Shown here piece after piece: positions 38,917 to 49,724 of a stretch of 64,000 nt of DNA. Position 1 is the first letter of the stretch, and every line of letters begins with the position of its first letter. Source of the DNA: Spirochaetota bacterium. Its GTDB lineage: Bacteria > Spirochaetota > UBA4802 > JAFGJZ01. The notes under the pieces are model-generated. The model saw only the letters and a list, made by a program, of their open reading frames with translations. It made no database searches and was not told the origin of the DNA. The position numbers and the translations under genes are program-made. The stretch spans positions 2,816 to 66,815 of the forward strand of contig JAQIBV010000021.1 of the NCBI GenBank assembly GCA_027858855.1. Direction: 5' to 3'.

Positions 38917-41296
38917 TGTTCTTCTCCATATATTTTATGCTTAGATCATTCATTATTTCAAGCAAATCCACAGGTATCAGATAAAAAAGATCATAACCCA
39001 TGCTAAGAAATATTTCTTTAAAATTCATATCCAGTGTACTTGATATAGCAATGACGGGTACGTTATTCATCTCTTTAATCAAAGCGACAAACTTCTGTTC
39101 GTTTCCAATATTTTCAGCAGTTTCAACTATAATTGCACCGATATCATCTTTCTTAAGAGCCTCTGCCGACACCGCGCTACGTTTTAAGATTGTATACTCC
39201 TGTCCATATGTCGTCATAAATTCGACACATATTGTTGTCTGTTTCTGAGAATCAAGAATGAAAAGAACTCTTTTTTTTCTAAGAATTTGCGGGTAATCAC
39301 TCTTCAAGTCAGAGAGGCTATCCTCATGCTTCTCGTTCTCGTACAACGGAAGAGAAAAAGTAAAAGTACTCCCCTTTCCGAGTTCACTTGAAACATAGAA
39401 ATGCCCTAAATGCGACTCAATTAAGGATTTGGATATAGCAAGTCCAAGACCGGTTCCCTCATTTCTTTTATTAAGGCTGTTATCAACCTGGTTAAATTTA
39501 TCAAAAATAGTCTTCTGTTTATCCTTATCTATTCCGCAACCATTATCGATGATATCGACATAGCAGGCTCTGTTGTTTGCGCGAATATTCACCGTTACAG
39601 TGCCACCAACATCCGTAAATTTAATTGCATTTGATAACAGATTCAGCATTACCTGCTGTATTCGTTTTTCATCCGCATAGACCGAAAGCGCTCGCTCAGT
39701 GATCTCCTGAGTCATACTCAGAGTAATCCCTTTATTCTCTGCCTGAACACTGACGATATCCATAGATACGGCACTTATCTGAATTATATCTGTTTTGTTT
39801 CGTTCGATTTTAAGCTTACCAGCTTCCATTTTTGAAAGGTTTAGTATATCGTTTATCATAGAGAGCAGATGTTCACCCGATGTTATTATATTAGTAAGAT
39901 ACTGCACAGAATCTTCGGGATCGATTCCCATTTTAAGTAACTTAGCAAAACCAATAATTGAATTAAGGGGTGTACGAAGCTCGTGACTCATATTGGCAAG
40001 GAATTCACTTTTAGATTTGCTGGCAGCCTCCGCATACTCCTTCATCTGCACCATCTGTTCAGCTATTAACCACCGAAGAGATATTTCATTTTCCAGATCC
40101 TTATTAACTGTTTTCAATTCGTCTGTACGTATCTCTACCAGATCTTCGAGATGATTCTTGTATTTTTCTATCTCTTCCTGAGCATGTTTCTTTTCAGAAA
40201 TGTCTGAAAGAATGATTACCGCTCCGGTGAAAAACCCTTTCTCGTTTACTATAGGATCAAACTTGCCCTCATACCAGCTTCCACCTATGCGCTGTTCGAA
40301 AATGCGCGTCTCCAATTCATTTCGTATCTGAATAAAGCAGTTAAAAATATAATCACCAGCAACATCAAACAGTGCACGTAACGGATAACCGACTATATCC
40401 TTATATTCCCGCTTCAACACTAGGGTAGCCTCATTATTACAACGAATGACTTCTCCCTCTTCATTTACAAGAAGAATGCTGTCGGTTAATGAGTCAAAAG
40501 TTACACGCCACTCCTCTGCGGCGTTACGTATAATTTCCTCTTTTTTCTTTCGCTCCGTAATATCGCGGATCGTGTATATGTTCCCAGTTATCTCTCCTTC
40601 ATCATCGAGAATTGTAGAGTTATTTATATCAACAGGCACTTCATTTCCAAATTTAGACTTAAGGATATAGTTTTGCAGCATAACAAGCAACGAATTTCGT
40701 GCAGTACGATCACAGGATATTTTTTTGCGGTTCTGATCGGCACTCTCTTTTATAAATATATCATTCTTGTGTTTACCAATTGCATCTACTGCATTCCAAC
40801 CTGTCATCTTCTCGGCAACATGGTTCATGAAGGTAATTGCTCCATCAATATCTACAGAAATTATCCCTTCACCAATTCCATGAAGCATTGCCGATAGCCA
40901 CTGCTCATTCTGACGCAACTTTAACTCTGTTTTGAATTTATATAAGGCCATTTCAAGTGTTGTAAAGATCTCTATATCTTTGACAGGCTTATTAATGTAC
41001 CCATAAGGCTCTGCTTTTTTTGCACGATTCAAGGTCTCTGGGTCGGCAGAGACTGTTAAAAAGATTATTGGTATTTCCAGTTTTTCTTTAATCGTTAAAG
41101 CGGCTTCGATGCCATCAATCTGTCCATCAAGATGAATATCCATCAAAACAAGATCCGGAAACTCGCGAGAACATACTTCAATTGCCTCTTCGCCACTACC
41201 GACAGAGTCTACAACGCTGTATCCATACTTCTGAACCGCGTTTTTTATATCCAGAGCTATGATTTTTTCATCTTCAACAATTAATATGCGTTTTAT
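38909..41296 (-). CDS. Hybrid sensor histidine kinase: REC-PAS-PAS-HisKA-HATPase-degenerate REC
   Basis: Frame extends upstream of the tracked start to IKRILIVEDEKIIALD; SHELRTPLN H-box, NLLSNAIKFT, DNGCG, GTGLGL. Start placed at the ATA at 41296. Confidence 0.9.
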   Translation of the reverse strand: MKRILIVEDEKIIALDIKNAVQKYGYSVVDSVGSGEEAIEVCSREFPDLVLMDIHLDGQIDGIEAALTIKEKLEIPIIFLTVSADPETLNRAKKAEPYGYINKPVKDIEIFTTLEMALYKFKTELKLRQNEQWLSAMLHGIGEGIISVDIDGAITFMNHVAEKMTGWNAVDAIGKHKNDIFIKESADQNRKKISCDRTARNSLLVMLQNYILKSKFGNEVPVDINNSTILDDEGEITGNIYTIRDITERKKKEEIIRNAAEEWRVTFDSLTDSILLVNEEGEVIRCNNEATLVLKREYKDIVGYPLRALFDVAGDYIFNCFIQIRNELETRIFEQRIGGSWYEGKFDPIVNEKGFFTGAVIILSDISEKKHAQEEIEKYKNHLEDLVEIRTDELKTVNKDLENEISLRWLIAEQMVQMKEYAEAASKSKSEFLANMSHELRTPLNSIIGFAKLLKMGIDPEDSVQYLTNIITSGEHLLSMINDILNLSKMEAGKLKIERNKTDIIQISAVSMDIVSVQAENKGITLSMTQEITERALSVYADEKRIQQVMLNLLSNAIKFTDVGGTVTVNIRANNRACYVDIIDNGCGIDKDKQKTIFDKFNQVDNSLNKRNEGTGLGLAISKSLIESHLGHFYVSSELGKGSTFTFSLPLYENEKHEDSLSDLKSDYPQILRKKRVLFILDSQKQTTICVEFMTTYGQEYTILKRSAVSAEALKKDDIGAIIVETAENIGNEQKFVALIKEMNNVPVIAISSTLDMNFKEIFLSMGYDLFYLIPVDLLEIMNDLSIKYMEKNNE

Positions 41297-41679
41297 GTTA
41301 TTACCCTCATTGCCCGCTATTAAGACGGTAAATTACAGATTAAACTATTAGCTACCATCCGAAATTTAGAAAATTTTTTAAATTCTTTGGTAATTTTCGA
41401 AGTTCCCTATAGGCTAAAACCATCTATAATATATATACAGACAGTTGAATATGCCACTTATTGAGTCAAAATTTTGGGGGAGAATTAAAGAAAAATCATT
41501 CTATTCACTAGAATTAACTCTTTTTAACCAAAATAACAATTTACCTTGATTCAGGATTATCACATTTAGCAAATTCATCTATTTGGAAGAGAACGCTAAC
41601 GAAAAATTGTAATTGACGCTATACTACCTTTGCCATCGAATTATCGGAATCGACAAATTTTTATTAATAAGAAGAATAT

Positions 41680-42126
41680 ATGGATATCGCAAGAAACAAA
41701 AAAGCCAGGTTTCAGTATGATATTATTGAAACTTTTGAAGCAGGAATTGTATTAAAGGGCACAGAAGTAAAGTCTTTACGAAACGGTAAAGTAAACATAG
41801 GCGAGTCATACGGGAAAATCAGAAACGGTGAAGTTTTCATAATGCAGATGAACATCTCACCCTACGAGCAGGGTAACCGATTTAACCATGACCCAGCACA
41901 ACCACGAAAGCTTCTGCTTCATAAAAAAGAGATAAGCAAGCTGTACGGGAAAATTATGGAAAAGGGACTGACCCTTGTTCCACTAAAACTCTATTTTAAA
42001 AATGGAAAAGCAAAAGTAGAACTGGCGCTAGCTAAAGGAAAAACGCTCTACGACAAGCGACACTCTATCAAACAGAAACAGGATAAACGCGAGATGGAGC
42101 GCGCAATCAAAGAGCGCAATCGTTAA
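41680..42126 (+). CDS. smpB: SsrA-binding protein
   Basis: [38 protein letters not shown]. Confidence 0.97.
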   Translation: MDIARNKKARFQYDIIETFEAGIVLKGTEVKSLRNGKVNIGESYGKIRNGEVFIMQMNISPYEQGNRFNHDPAQPRKLLLHKKEISKLYGKIMEKGLTLVPLKLYFKNGKAKVELALAKGKTLYDKRHSIKQKQDKREMERAIKERNR

Positions 42127-42803
42127 TCATCAGCATAAAGAAATGAACCATCTTCACCATCTTTCATCTCCATCAGTACAAGAGGAACAATTTTAGTCTC
42201 AAGCTTGCCAATTGTAAGTGAAACGGGCTGCAACTGAATTCTCTGCTCTACAGGCTTACATTTTTGGTGTTCAAAAAAAAGAGTAAAACTGTGTTGCTGA
42301 GAAAAATCACTGTTTTCTTCCAATTTAGGCCAAAAATGATAATAGGATCCTGTACCCTTATTAGTGGAAAAGGGATTAGCCCAGCCATCAGAGACCATTT
42401 GAGCAGGCATTCCATTATATAGAAGAGTTATTGATACACCCGGAATTTTCGAAAAGGTCGTTTTCTCTACAACCTCCCCTAATAGATGGGGAAGAAAGAA
42501 GTTGGGGGTACCTTTCTGCAGATGAATATGTACCTGATTGCCTCCCCGACGCTCCTTAATAATTGACATTGCCTCATAAATAATCATGATAATGTCGCTT
42601 TTCTGCTGAAAAGCGAATTTGGCATCCAGCAATCCATGCAGAACGCCACGTTCACTGGTAACATATTTCGCTGGAAGCCTGTTCAACACATACGCACAAA
42701 TATCCTCAAAATATTCCTTTGTTTCATCAATCCGATTCTCTTTTTTCAGAACCTCGCTAACCAGTGATGATACGATCTCCTCCATTATGTTTATAATGTT
42801 CAT
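42123..42803 (-). CDS. ComFB-domain protein with C-terminal beta domain
   Basis: [24 protein letters not shown], the ComFB signature. Confidence 0.85.
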   Translation of the reverse strand: MNIINIMEEIVSSLVSEVLKKENRIDETKEYFEDICAYVLNRLPAKYVTSERGVLHGLLDAKFAFQQKSDIIMIIYEAMSIIKERRGGNQVHIHLQKGTPNFFLPHLLGEVVEKTTFSKIPGVSITLLYNGMPAQMVSDGWANPFSTNKGTGSYYHFWPKLEENSDFSQQHSFTLFFEHQKCKPVEQRIQLQPVSLTIGKLETKIVPLVLMEMKDGEDGSFLYADD

Positions 42804-42814
42804 TGTTCCTCCCG

Positions 42815-45235
42815 CTACTTCTTTTTAGTCGGGAAAAGAATCTCAAGAACCTCAGAAATCTCGGAAACGGGGTAAAACTTCAGCCCTTTTTTAACATTAT
42901 CAGGGACCTCTTCCAGATTTTTTGTATTCAGAGATGGGTATATAATATTCTTAATCTTTGCTCTTTTTGCTGCAATTAACTTCTCTTTCAGGCCACCAAT
43001 AGGAAATACCTTACCCGAAAGAGTAAGCTCTCCGGTCATGGCGAAAGATTTTTTCGCAACAGACTTTGACACAAGAGAATAGATCGCAGAAGCCATGGTT
43101 ATACCAGCTGATGGTCCGTCTTTAGGCGTTGCTCCCGCCGGAACATGAAGATGTATCAAATGGCTTTCAAAGAATTTTGCAGTCTCTTCATCAGTGGAAA
43201 GATACTGACGAATAAAGCTATAAGCAATATTTGCTGATTCAGACATAACCTCGCCCAGCTGACCGGTAAGTTTAAGGCCACCGGTTTTTGTCTGTCGGAT
43301 AGCGATCGCCTCAATAACAAGTATAGCCCCGCCCATAGAGGTCCAGGCCAGGCCATTAACAAGTCCCGGGCGATCTATTATGAAGTTATCATCATCCACA
43401 AATCGTTCAGAACCAAGGTATTCACGAATCTGTTCCTCGTTTAGAGCTTCATCCGGAAGTTTCTGGTTTCGTACCTTAACAGAGGCGCTTTTGCGACATA
43501 TCTTTTCAACAACTCGCTCAAGATTACGAACTCCGGCCTCCCTTGCATATGACTGAATCAGAAACATAAATCCGCGTTTATCAAGCTTAACATCCTGTTT
43601 TTCTAAACCATGTTTCAACAACTGCTTAGGTAACAGATACCGCTTAGCAATTTCATACTTCTCTTCCGAGATGTAACCCGAAAGACGGATAATCTCCATA
43701 CGATCCAGAAGAACACGAGGAATTGTATCCAAAGAATTCGCTGTAGTAAGAAAAAAGACATCTGAAAGATCAAAAGGAACATCCAGATAGTGATCTCTGA
43801 AAGTTGAGTTCTGTTCAGGATCAAGAACCTCAAGGAGAGCCGATGCAGGATCACCGTGATAACTTTGACCCAGCTTATCAATCTCATCGAGCATAAAAAC
43901 AGGGTTCTTTGTTTTACAGATTTTCATCCCCTGCATTATTTTTCCCGGCATTGCTCCTACATAAGTTCGACGGTGCCCCTTAATTTCGGCCTCATCACGC
44001 ATACCACCAAGAGACATACGGAAAAATTTACGGTTAAGTGCACGAGCTATCGATTTTCCCAGAGAAGTTTTACCAACCCCCGGAGGGCCAACAAGACATA
44101 CAATTGAACCAGATGCATCAGGCTTAAGCTTACGTACGGCCAGAAACTCAAGTATCCGTTCCTTAACGTCATCCAAAGCAAAATGATCTTTATTCAATAT
44201 CTTTTCAGACCGGTCCAGATCCAAATTGTCTTCTGATTTCTCACTCCAAGGAAGAGCAAGCAGAGTCTCGAGATAATTTCGGGTTACAGTATATTCTGAA
44301 GAGTTCGGCTCCATCATTTTTAGTTTTTCAAGTTCTTCTTCGAGCTTTTCCAAAACCTCTTCTTCCACATCCAATTCGCTTATTGTAACTTCCATTTCAC
44401 TGATTTCACGGCTTCTTTCATCACCATCCAGACCCAGCTCCTGTTTAATTACCTTCAGCTGTTCACGTAAAAAGTATTCACGCTGCTGCTTATCAATTTT
44501 ATCGTTAATCTGATTCTGAATCTTTTTTTGTATCTCTACAACCTCAAGCTCTTTCTGCAACATATGAAGAACAAGACGCAACCGCTCCACAACATCAAGC
44601 GTTTCAAGAATTGTCTGATACTCCTCCTTTTCCAGATTAAGAATTGAAGAGACAAAATCAGCAATTTTTCCCGGTTCATCAACATTTACCATAGTCAGCT
44701 TCATCTCTTCTGTAAAAAGAGGGTTGTTTTCTGAGAGCTGTTTTAACTGACTGAGAACTGAACGCGTAAAAGCCTTCAATTCGTTTCGGCGCGATTTCGC
44801 AGGAAGCTTATCATCAAGATACTCAACATCTGCAATGAGAAAGGGCTTTTCCTGAATTATCTTGATAATACGGAACCTTTTCAGAGAATTAATCAGTACA
44901 TTTATTCCACCATCAGGCAGTTTTATTTTTTTTAGAATCTTTGCACCAGTACCAACCTGGTGAATATTATGTGGCTTGATATCATCAACTTCATCATCCC
45001 GTAAAAGAACAAGACCGATTGAACGGGTTGTATCAAGAACCTGATCGATTGCGTCGGAAAAACGGCCTTTTGAAATAATTAGGGGCGTAATAATTCCCGG
45101 GAAAATAGGACGATAACGGATTGGAATAATATGTATCTGTTTCGGCAATACATGATCAATTGAAACCAGATCATTTTCCAGACTGTCTGAGGGGATCGTA
45201 ATGTCTTCGCTGTTTCTATTGTTATCCTTACTCAT
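42815..45235 (-). CDS. lon: ATP-dependent Lon protease
   Basis: LON N-domain, GPPGVGKTS, HRRTYVG, LDEIDK, KDGPSAG, GGLKEK. Start set at MSKDNN. Confidence 0.97.
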   Translation of the reverse strand: MSKDNNRNSEDITIPSDSLENDLVSIDHVLPKQIHIIPIRYRPIFPGIITPLIISKGRFSDAIDQVLDTTRSIGLVLLRDDEVDDIKPHNIHQVGTGAKILKKIKLPDGGINVLINSLKRFRIIKIIQEKPFLIADVEYLDDKLPAKSRRNELKAFTRSVLSQLKQLSENNPLFTEEMKLTMVNVDEPGKIADFVSSILNLEKEEYQTILETLDVVERLRLVLHMLQKELEVVEIQKKIQNQINDKIDKQQREYFLREQLKVIKQELGLDGDERSREISEMEVTISELDVEEEVLEKLEEELEKLKMMEPNSSEYTVTRNYLETLLALPWSEKSEDNLDLDRSEKILNKDHFALDDVKERILEFLAVRKLKPDASGSIVCLVGPPGVGKTSLGKSIARALNRKFFRMSLGGMRDEAEIKGHRRTYVGAMPGKIMQGMKICKTKNPVFMLDEIDKLGQSYHGDPASALLEVLDPEQNSTFRDHYLDVPFDLSDVFFLTTANSLDTIPRVLLDRMEIIRLSGYISEEKYEIAKRYLLPKQLLKHGLEKQDVKLDKRGFMFLIQSYAREAGVRNLERVVEKICRKSASVKVRNQKLPDEALNEEQIREYLGSERFVDDDNFIIDRPGLVNGLAWTSMGGAILVIEAIAIRQTKTGGLKLTGQLGEVMSESANIAYSFIRQYLSTDEETAKFFESHLIHLHVPAGATPKDGPSAGITMASAIYSLVSKSVAKKSFAMTGELTLSGKVFPIGGLKEKLIAAKRAKIKNIIYPSLNTKNLEEVPDNVKKGLKFYPVSEISEVLEILFPTKKK

Positions 45236-45352
45236 TATGACCTCTATATTATTTTTATAATTCTTTGTTATAAAGAACTGCTTAATTACTAATTGTTTAC
45301 TCAATAATTTTTTTTAGCTGGGACTTCGACTAAGGATTCCTGATTACTTCAA

Positions 45353-46891
45353 TTAAGGCTTATCGAGACTCCTGTCAGATTTATACCTATCAAAATCAAT
45401 TCCCAGTTTATTAATTTTATACGAAACGATTCTCTTTGTTGTTCCCAGCATCTCTGCAGCTTTTGAAATATTACCTTCTGTAATTTTAAGATAATCAATG
45501 ATTATCTCCTTTTCAAACTTATTCACCATGTTTTCAAACGTACTCTTCTCTTTTACATCTTCCGCCATCTGAAGAGTTGGAGGAAGATGGTAACTGCGAA
45601 TTACCCCCTCCTCTGCTAAAATGACCGCACGATGGATACAATTTTCCAGTTCACGGATGTTTCCAGGCCAATGATAGGCGACAAGTAGATCAATCGCCTC
45701 TGAAGAGATTCTTTTAATACCTTTACCCGTCTCTTCTGCAAATTTTTCAATAAAATGGTTAACTAGAGAAAGAATATCGGCCTTACGCTCACGAAGGGCA
45801 GGTACATTAATTGGAAAAACATTAAGACGGTAAAAAAGATCACTACGGAATTCATTGAGTTCTATCTTCTTTTCAAGATTCTGATGTGTTGCAGCAATTA
45901 TCCGCACATCAATCGGGATTGGTTGAACTCCACCAACTTTTTCTATCACGCGCTCCTGCAATACCCGCAACAATTTTACCTGTAATGGAAATGATAGATC
46001 TCCAATTTCATCCAGGAAGATAGTACCACCTTCCGCAGATTCAAAGCGTCCCTTTTTTGATTGAATCGCTCCTGTAAATGCTCCCTTTTCGTGACCAAAA
46101 AGCTCACTTTCTATTAATGACTCAGGTAAGGCCGCAACGTTTATTTTTACAAAGGGCTTATCATGTCGCAAACTATTCTTCTGTATGGCGTCTGCAATCA
46201 GCTCTTTACCGGTTCCACTTTCACCGGTTATGAGTACCGTCGTATTAGTCTCGCTGACCAGCACAATTTTCTCAAAAAGCTCGTGCATTAGTATCGAGTT
46301 TCCGATAATTTTAATATTTTTTACTTTATCACTCAATCGTGCAGTCAATCTTCTGTTTTCTTCAACAAGCTGACGCTCATTTTTTTTCAGTTCAATACGA
46401 CTACTGATATCATGCGCACTTAATATGGCAATTACCGAAAGCTGCTCGGCAACCGAATAGAGACTCGTCTCGTCCTCAACTGGCCTAATATCTGCTGAAA
46501 TGGTTCCGATTGTTTTTTCACGAATGCGAACAGGAACACAGACAAAAGCGCCATCCAAATCAGTCTTTGTAGTACGTGATCCTGTTTTATTAAGAAAATC
46601 TTCCGAGTCTCTGATCTTTGGAATTATAACCGGTAGACCATTATTAATTACCTTACCGATTATTCCCTCTCCTTTTTTATAAACCCCTCGCTCAATTTCC
46701 TCCCTGGAATATCCATGATAAATGTCGACCACAATCGCCTCAACATCATCAAGATAAATATGTACCATTAACCGGGAGATATTCAGCTTTTCAACTGCTA
46801 CATCAATTGCTTTTTTCAAAGCATCATCAAGACTACTTCCAGAGGTAAAGATTTCGCTGATAGAATAGAGATAATCAAGTCGTTGTTGCAT
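45353..46891 (-). CDS. Sigma-54-dependent transcriptional activator (GAF-AAA+-HTH, NifA-like architecture)
   Basis: N-terminal GAF; GESGTGKE, ESELFGHEKGAFTGA, FLDEIG, WPGNIREL; C-terminal Fis-type HTH. Confidence 0.93.
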   Translation of the reverse strand: MQQRLDYLYSISEIFTSGSSLDDALKKAIDVAVEKLNISRLMVHIYLDDVEAIVVDIYHGYSREEIERGVYKKGEGIIGKVINNGLPVIIPKIRDSEDFLNKTGSRTTKTDLDGAFVCVPVRIREKTIGTISADIRPVEDETSLYSVAEQLSVIAILSAHDISSRIELKKNERQLVEENRRLTARLSDKVKNIKIIGNSILMHELFEKIVLVSETNTTVLITGESGTGKELIADAIQKNSLRHDKPFVKINVAALPESLIESELFGHEKGAFTGAIQSKKGRFESAEGGTIFLDEIGDLSFPLQVKLLRVLQERVIEKVGGVQPIPIDVRIIAATHQNLEKKIELNEFRSDLFYRLNVFPINVPALRERKADILSLVNHFIEKFAEETGKGIKRISSEAIDLLVAYHWPGNIRELENCIHRAVILAEEGVIRSYHLPPTLQMAEDVKEKSTFENMVNKFEKEIIIDYLKITEGNISKAAEMLGTTKRIVSYKINKLGIDFDRYKSDRSLDKP

Positions 46892-46894
46892 TAG

Positions 46895-47791
46895 TCATGC
46901 CTTTAAAAGCTTTATTATTCGCCGCGATCCATCTTTTTTAAGATCAACGTTAACCGGTCGCTCAAGTTTTTTTCCCTGACTATTCGTTAATACAACAATT
47001 TCGGGATGAGTATCAGCAAAACCGGTAGTTTTAACAACAGCAGCAACCTCCATAGTGTCAAGCAAAACAAGCGCAGTTCGCCGGTATATAGGTCCGTCCA
47101 TAAGCATTGGCCCCATTAATAGAATAAAGTTGTTAACTGTTTTCGGATTAAATCTCTTCCCACCCTCTTTGCTAATTGTAAAAAAGGCATTACGTGGCTC
47201 TTCACCCGCTTTTTCATCAATACTGATAACCTGAAAACTATAAAAATTACAAATTGCTACAATATTTATACTTCGTGGAAAATCACGAGTGGTAAGCCCT
47301 TCCGGATATCCTCTACCATCAAAACGCTCATGATGATATTTTATAATATGTATAACTTCATCAGGAATAATTGCCTTTTTTGCCAACCAGTGAGTTATTA
47401 CCTCTGGGTGTTCAGAGAGAACAGTTCGCTCATACTCATTATCTCCCTCCTGTTTCCAAATCAGATTTTCTGGTGTATTAATTTTTCCCAAATCATGAAA
47501 CATTGCTCCCAATCCCAGCTCGCGAAGCTCTATTCCTTCAACACCAATGCGGTAGCCCATTATTAAAGAAAGAAGTAGAACATTAAGGGAGTGAATCACC
47601 AGATAATCTTTCGTCGATTCAGGTTCTACAAGATAGAGCATACCCTCCCGCTGGTGAGAAATCTCCTGTATCAGAGAATCGATATATCGCTCAGATGTCT
47701 CTACATCAAGATCCTTGCCGCTTTGAAGATCATCAAAAAGAGATCTGATTACAACAATACCTCGTTTTTTCAAAGCCTCGGAAACATTCAT
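46895..47791 (-). CDS. HD-GYP domain protein (partly degenerate)
   Basis: HSLNV, HDLGK, HHERFDGRGYP; the downstream AD-FDA/RPY motifs are altered. Confidence 0.85.
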   Translation of the reverse strand: MNVSEALKKRGIVVIRSLFDDLQSGKDLDVETSERYIDSLIQEISHQREGMLYLVEPESTKDYLVIHSLNVLLLSLIMGYRIGVEGIELRELGLGAMFHDLGKINTPENLIWKQEGDNEYERTVLSEHPEVITHWLAKKAIIPDEVIHIIKYHHERFDGRGYPEGLTTRDFPRSINIVAICNFYSFQVISIDEKAGEEPRNAFFTISKEGGKRFNPKTVNNFILLMGPMLMDGPIYRRTALVLLDTMEVAAVVKTTGFADTHPEIVVLTNSQGKKLERPVNVDLKKDGSRRIIKLLKA

Positions 47792-47995
47792 AATCCCCCC
47801 AAAATATTAAGTATCTGTCTAAAAACTTCTACAATCGACAGATTATATGAAAGTTCTGATTTTGACTCTGTATCCGATTCAAAGTCAAACAAAAAAGCAT
47901 GCTATGTTTTTTTGATAAATGCTTTACTAATATTGGAAACTCAGTTGTTTAATAAAATGAAAATCTGTTAAATTTCTTAATTTAAAGAGGATTAT

Positions 47996-49267
47996 ATGAT
48001 TGTTTACAAATTCGGTGGGGCGTCTGTTAAAGATGCTCTCTCTTTTCAAACCGTTGCAAATATAATATCCAATAATTACACAAAGAATGAAACCATAATA
48101 ATCATTATCTCGGCAATGGGCAAAACAACAAATCTTATAGAAAAAATTACTGAGGCTTATTTTGAGAATAACCAGAAAAGTCTTTACTCTCTTTTATCTC
48201 AGCTTGCCGAGTTCCATCTCTTACACTGCCGTAAGCTTTTTCATAACAACATCAGCCTTATTGATTCTGTTTCTCAACTACTTTCGGATCTTGAATCTAG
48301 GCTTAAGCAAAAACCTTCAGAAAACTATAACTATGAGTATGATCAGATTGTTTCCTATGGTGAGCTCCTCTCGTCAAATATTCTTTCCCTTTTTTTGCAA
48401 AATTCCGGATTTTCCAATACACTGCTTGATTCAAGAAGACTGATACGCACAGACTCAACTTATCGAAGCGCACATGTTGAATGGGAGACTACAACCGCAT
48501 TAATACAAAAAGCTATTCTGACACAAACCGGCAACCTCTATGTTACCCAGGGTTTTATAGGAGGAACCGCAGAAAACATTACCACAACCCTTGGAAGAGA
48601 AGGTTCTGATTTCAGTGCATCAATTTATGCATTTTGCTGTAATGCCAGAGAAGTCACTATCTGGAAAGATGTTCCCGGAGTGTTGAACGCCGATCCTCTT
48701 CATTTTCCGGATGCTGAAAAAATGGACTATCTTTCTTACCATGATGCAATTGAGCTGTCCTATTATGGAGCTAAAGTAATTCACCCCAAAACAGTAAAAC
48801 CCCTGCAAAACAGAGGTATTCCCCTGTTTGTAAAATCATTCCTGAATCCGCTGCAAAGTGGAACAAAAATATCGGAGTTTTCACCTGAAACAAAAACTCC
48901 CTCCTTCATAATAAAAAAAGACCAGACTCTGTTAACAATATCACCCAGGGATTTCTCTTTTATTGCTGAAAACCACCTGGGGTTTATTTTCCAACAACTC
49001 GCAGATCTAACTCTTACGATTAACATGATGCAAAACAGCGCACTCTCGTTTTCACTTTGTCTTGACACAAATAACGCCATTAATACTTTATTAAACAGAT
49101 TGACAGACACCTTTTCAGTAAGATATAATGAAAATACCGAACTGATTACGATCTGGCATTACGACACAGACACAATCGACAAATTAACTACTAACTGCCG
49201 AATTCTTCTTGAAGAAAGGACGCGTCATACAGTTCAATTTTTAATTAAAAGTGAGATATTATCATGA
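47996..49267 (+). CDS. lysC: Aspartate kinase
   Basis: YKFGGASV, SAMGKTTN, GELLSS, TQGFIG, TLGREGSD, WKDVPGV-NADP, GAKVIHP. Confidence 0.93.
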   Translation: MIVYKFGGASVKDALSFQTVANIISNNYTKNETIIIIISAMGKTTNLIEKITEAYFENNQKSLYSLLSQLAEFHLLHCRKLFHNNISLIDSVSQLLSDLESRLKQKPSENYNYEYDQIVSYGELLSSNILSLFLQNSGFSNTLLDSRRLIRTDSTYRSAHVEWETTTALIQKAILTQTGNLYVTQGFIGGTAENITTTLGREGSDFSASIYAFCCNAREVTIWKDVPGVLNADPLHFPDAEKMDYLSYHDAIELSYYGAKVIHPKTVKPLQNRGIPLFVKSFLNPLQSGTKISEFSPETKTPSFIIKKDQTLLTISPRDFSFIAENHLGFIFQQLADLTLTINMMQNSALSFSLCLDTNNAINTLLNRLTDTFSVRYNENTELITIWHYDTDTIDKLTTNCRILLEERTRHTVQFLIKSEILS

Positions 49268-49653
49268 CTACTATAAATGTAAAAACGACACATAGCAACC
49301 AGATGATTGATATTACTGCCGATGTACGCAAGGCCATCAGAGATTCAGATACCTCCGATGGCCTTTGTATAGTATATACCCCGCATACAACGGCAGCAAT
49401 AACAATTAACGAAAATGCTGACCCAGATGTTGTCACAGACATGATTGATGGCTTAAACAGCCTCGGTTTTAAAAACCTCTCTTTCCGCCATATGGAAGGC
49501 AATTCGGAAAGCCACCTGAAATCTTCGCTGATTGGATGTTCAGAACAAGTCATCATTGAAAGTGGTTCTCCGGTTCTCGGAACATGGCAGGGAATCTATT
49601 TTTGTGAATTTGACGGACCACGAACCCGAAAGGTTTTTATCAAAATTATTTGA
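49264..49653 (+). CDS. yjbQ: YjbQ (UPF0047) family protein
   Basis: PHTTAAITINENADP, HMEGNS-SH, LGTWQGIYFCEFDGPR. Confidence 0.92.
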   Translation: MTTINVKTTHSNQMIDITADVRKAIRDSDTSDGLCIVYTPHTTAAITINENADPDVVTDMIDGLNSLGFKNLSFRHMEGNSESHLKSSLIGCSEQVIIESGSPVLGTWQGIYFCEFDGPRTRKVFIKII

Positions 49654-49724
49654 TTATCAGAATAAAGAGTATCTGTAAAACGACTACAAAACAGAACTTT
49701 CCAAAACAAACCCAGGAAATTATT

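Noticed and set aside
45353..46891. Calling this gene nifA
   Set aside because: The GAF-AAA-HTH architecture is shared by many activators, and there are no nif genes in the window.
47861..47913. Imperfect palindromes upstream of lysC, considered as a lysine riboswitch
   Set aside because: No L-box conserved cores and the region is too short; may be an operator or terminator, but that is unsupported.
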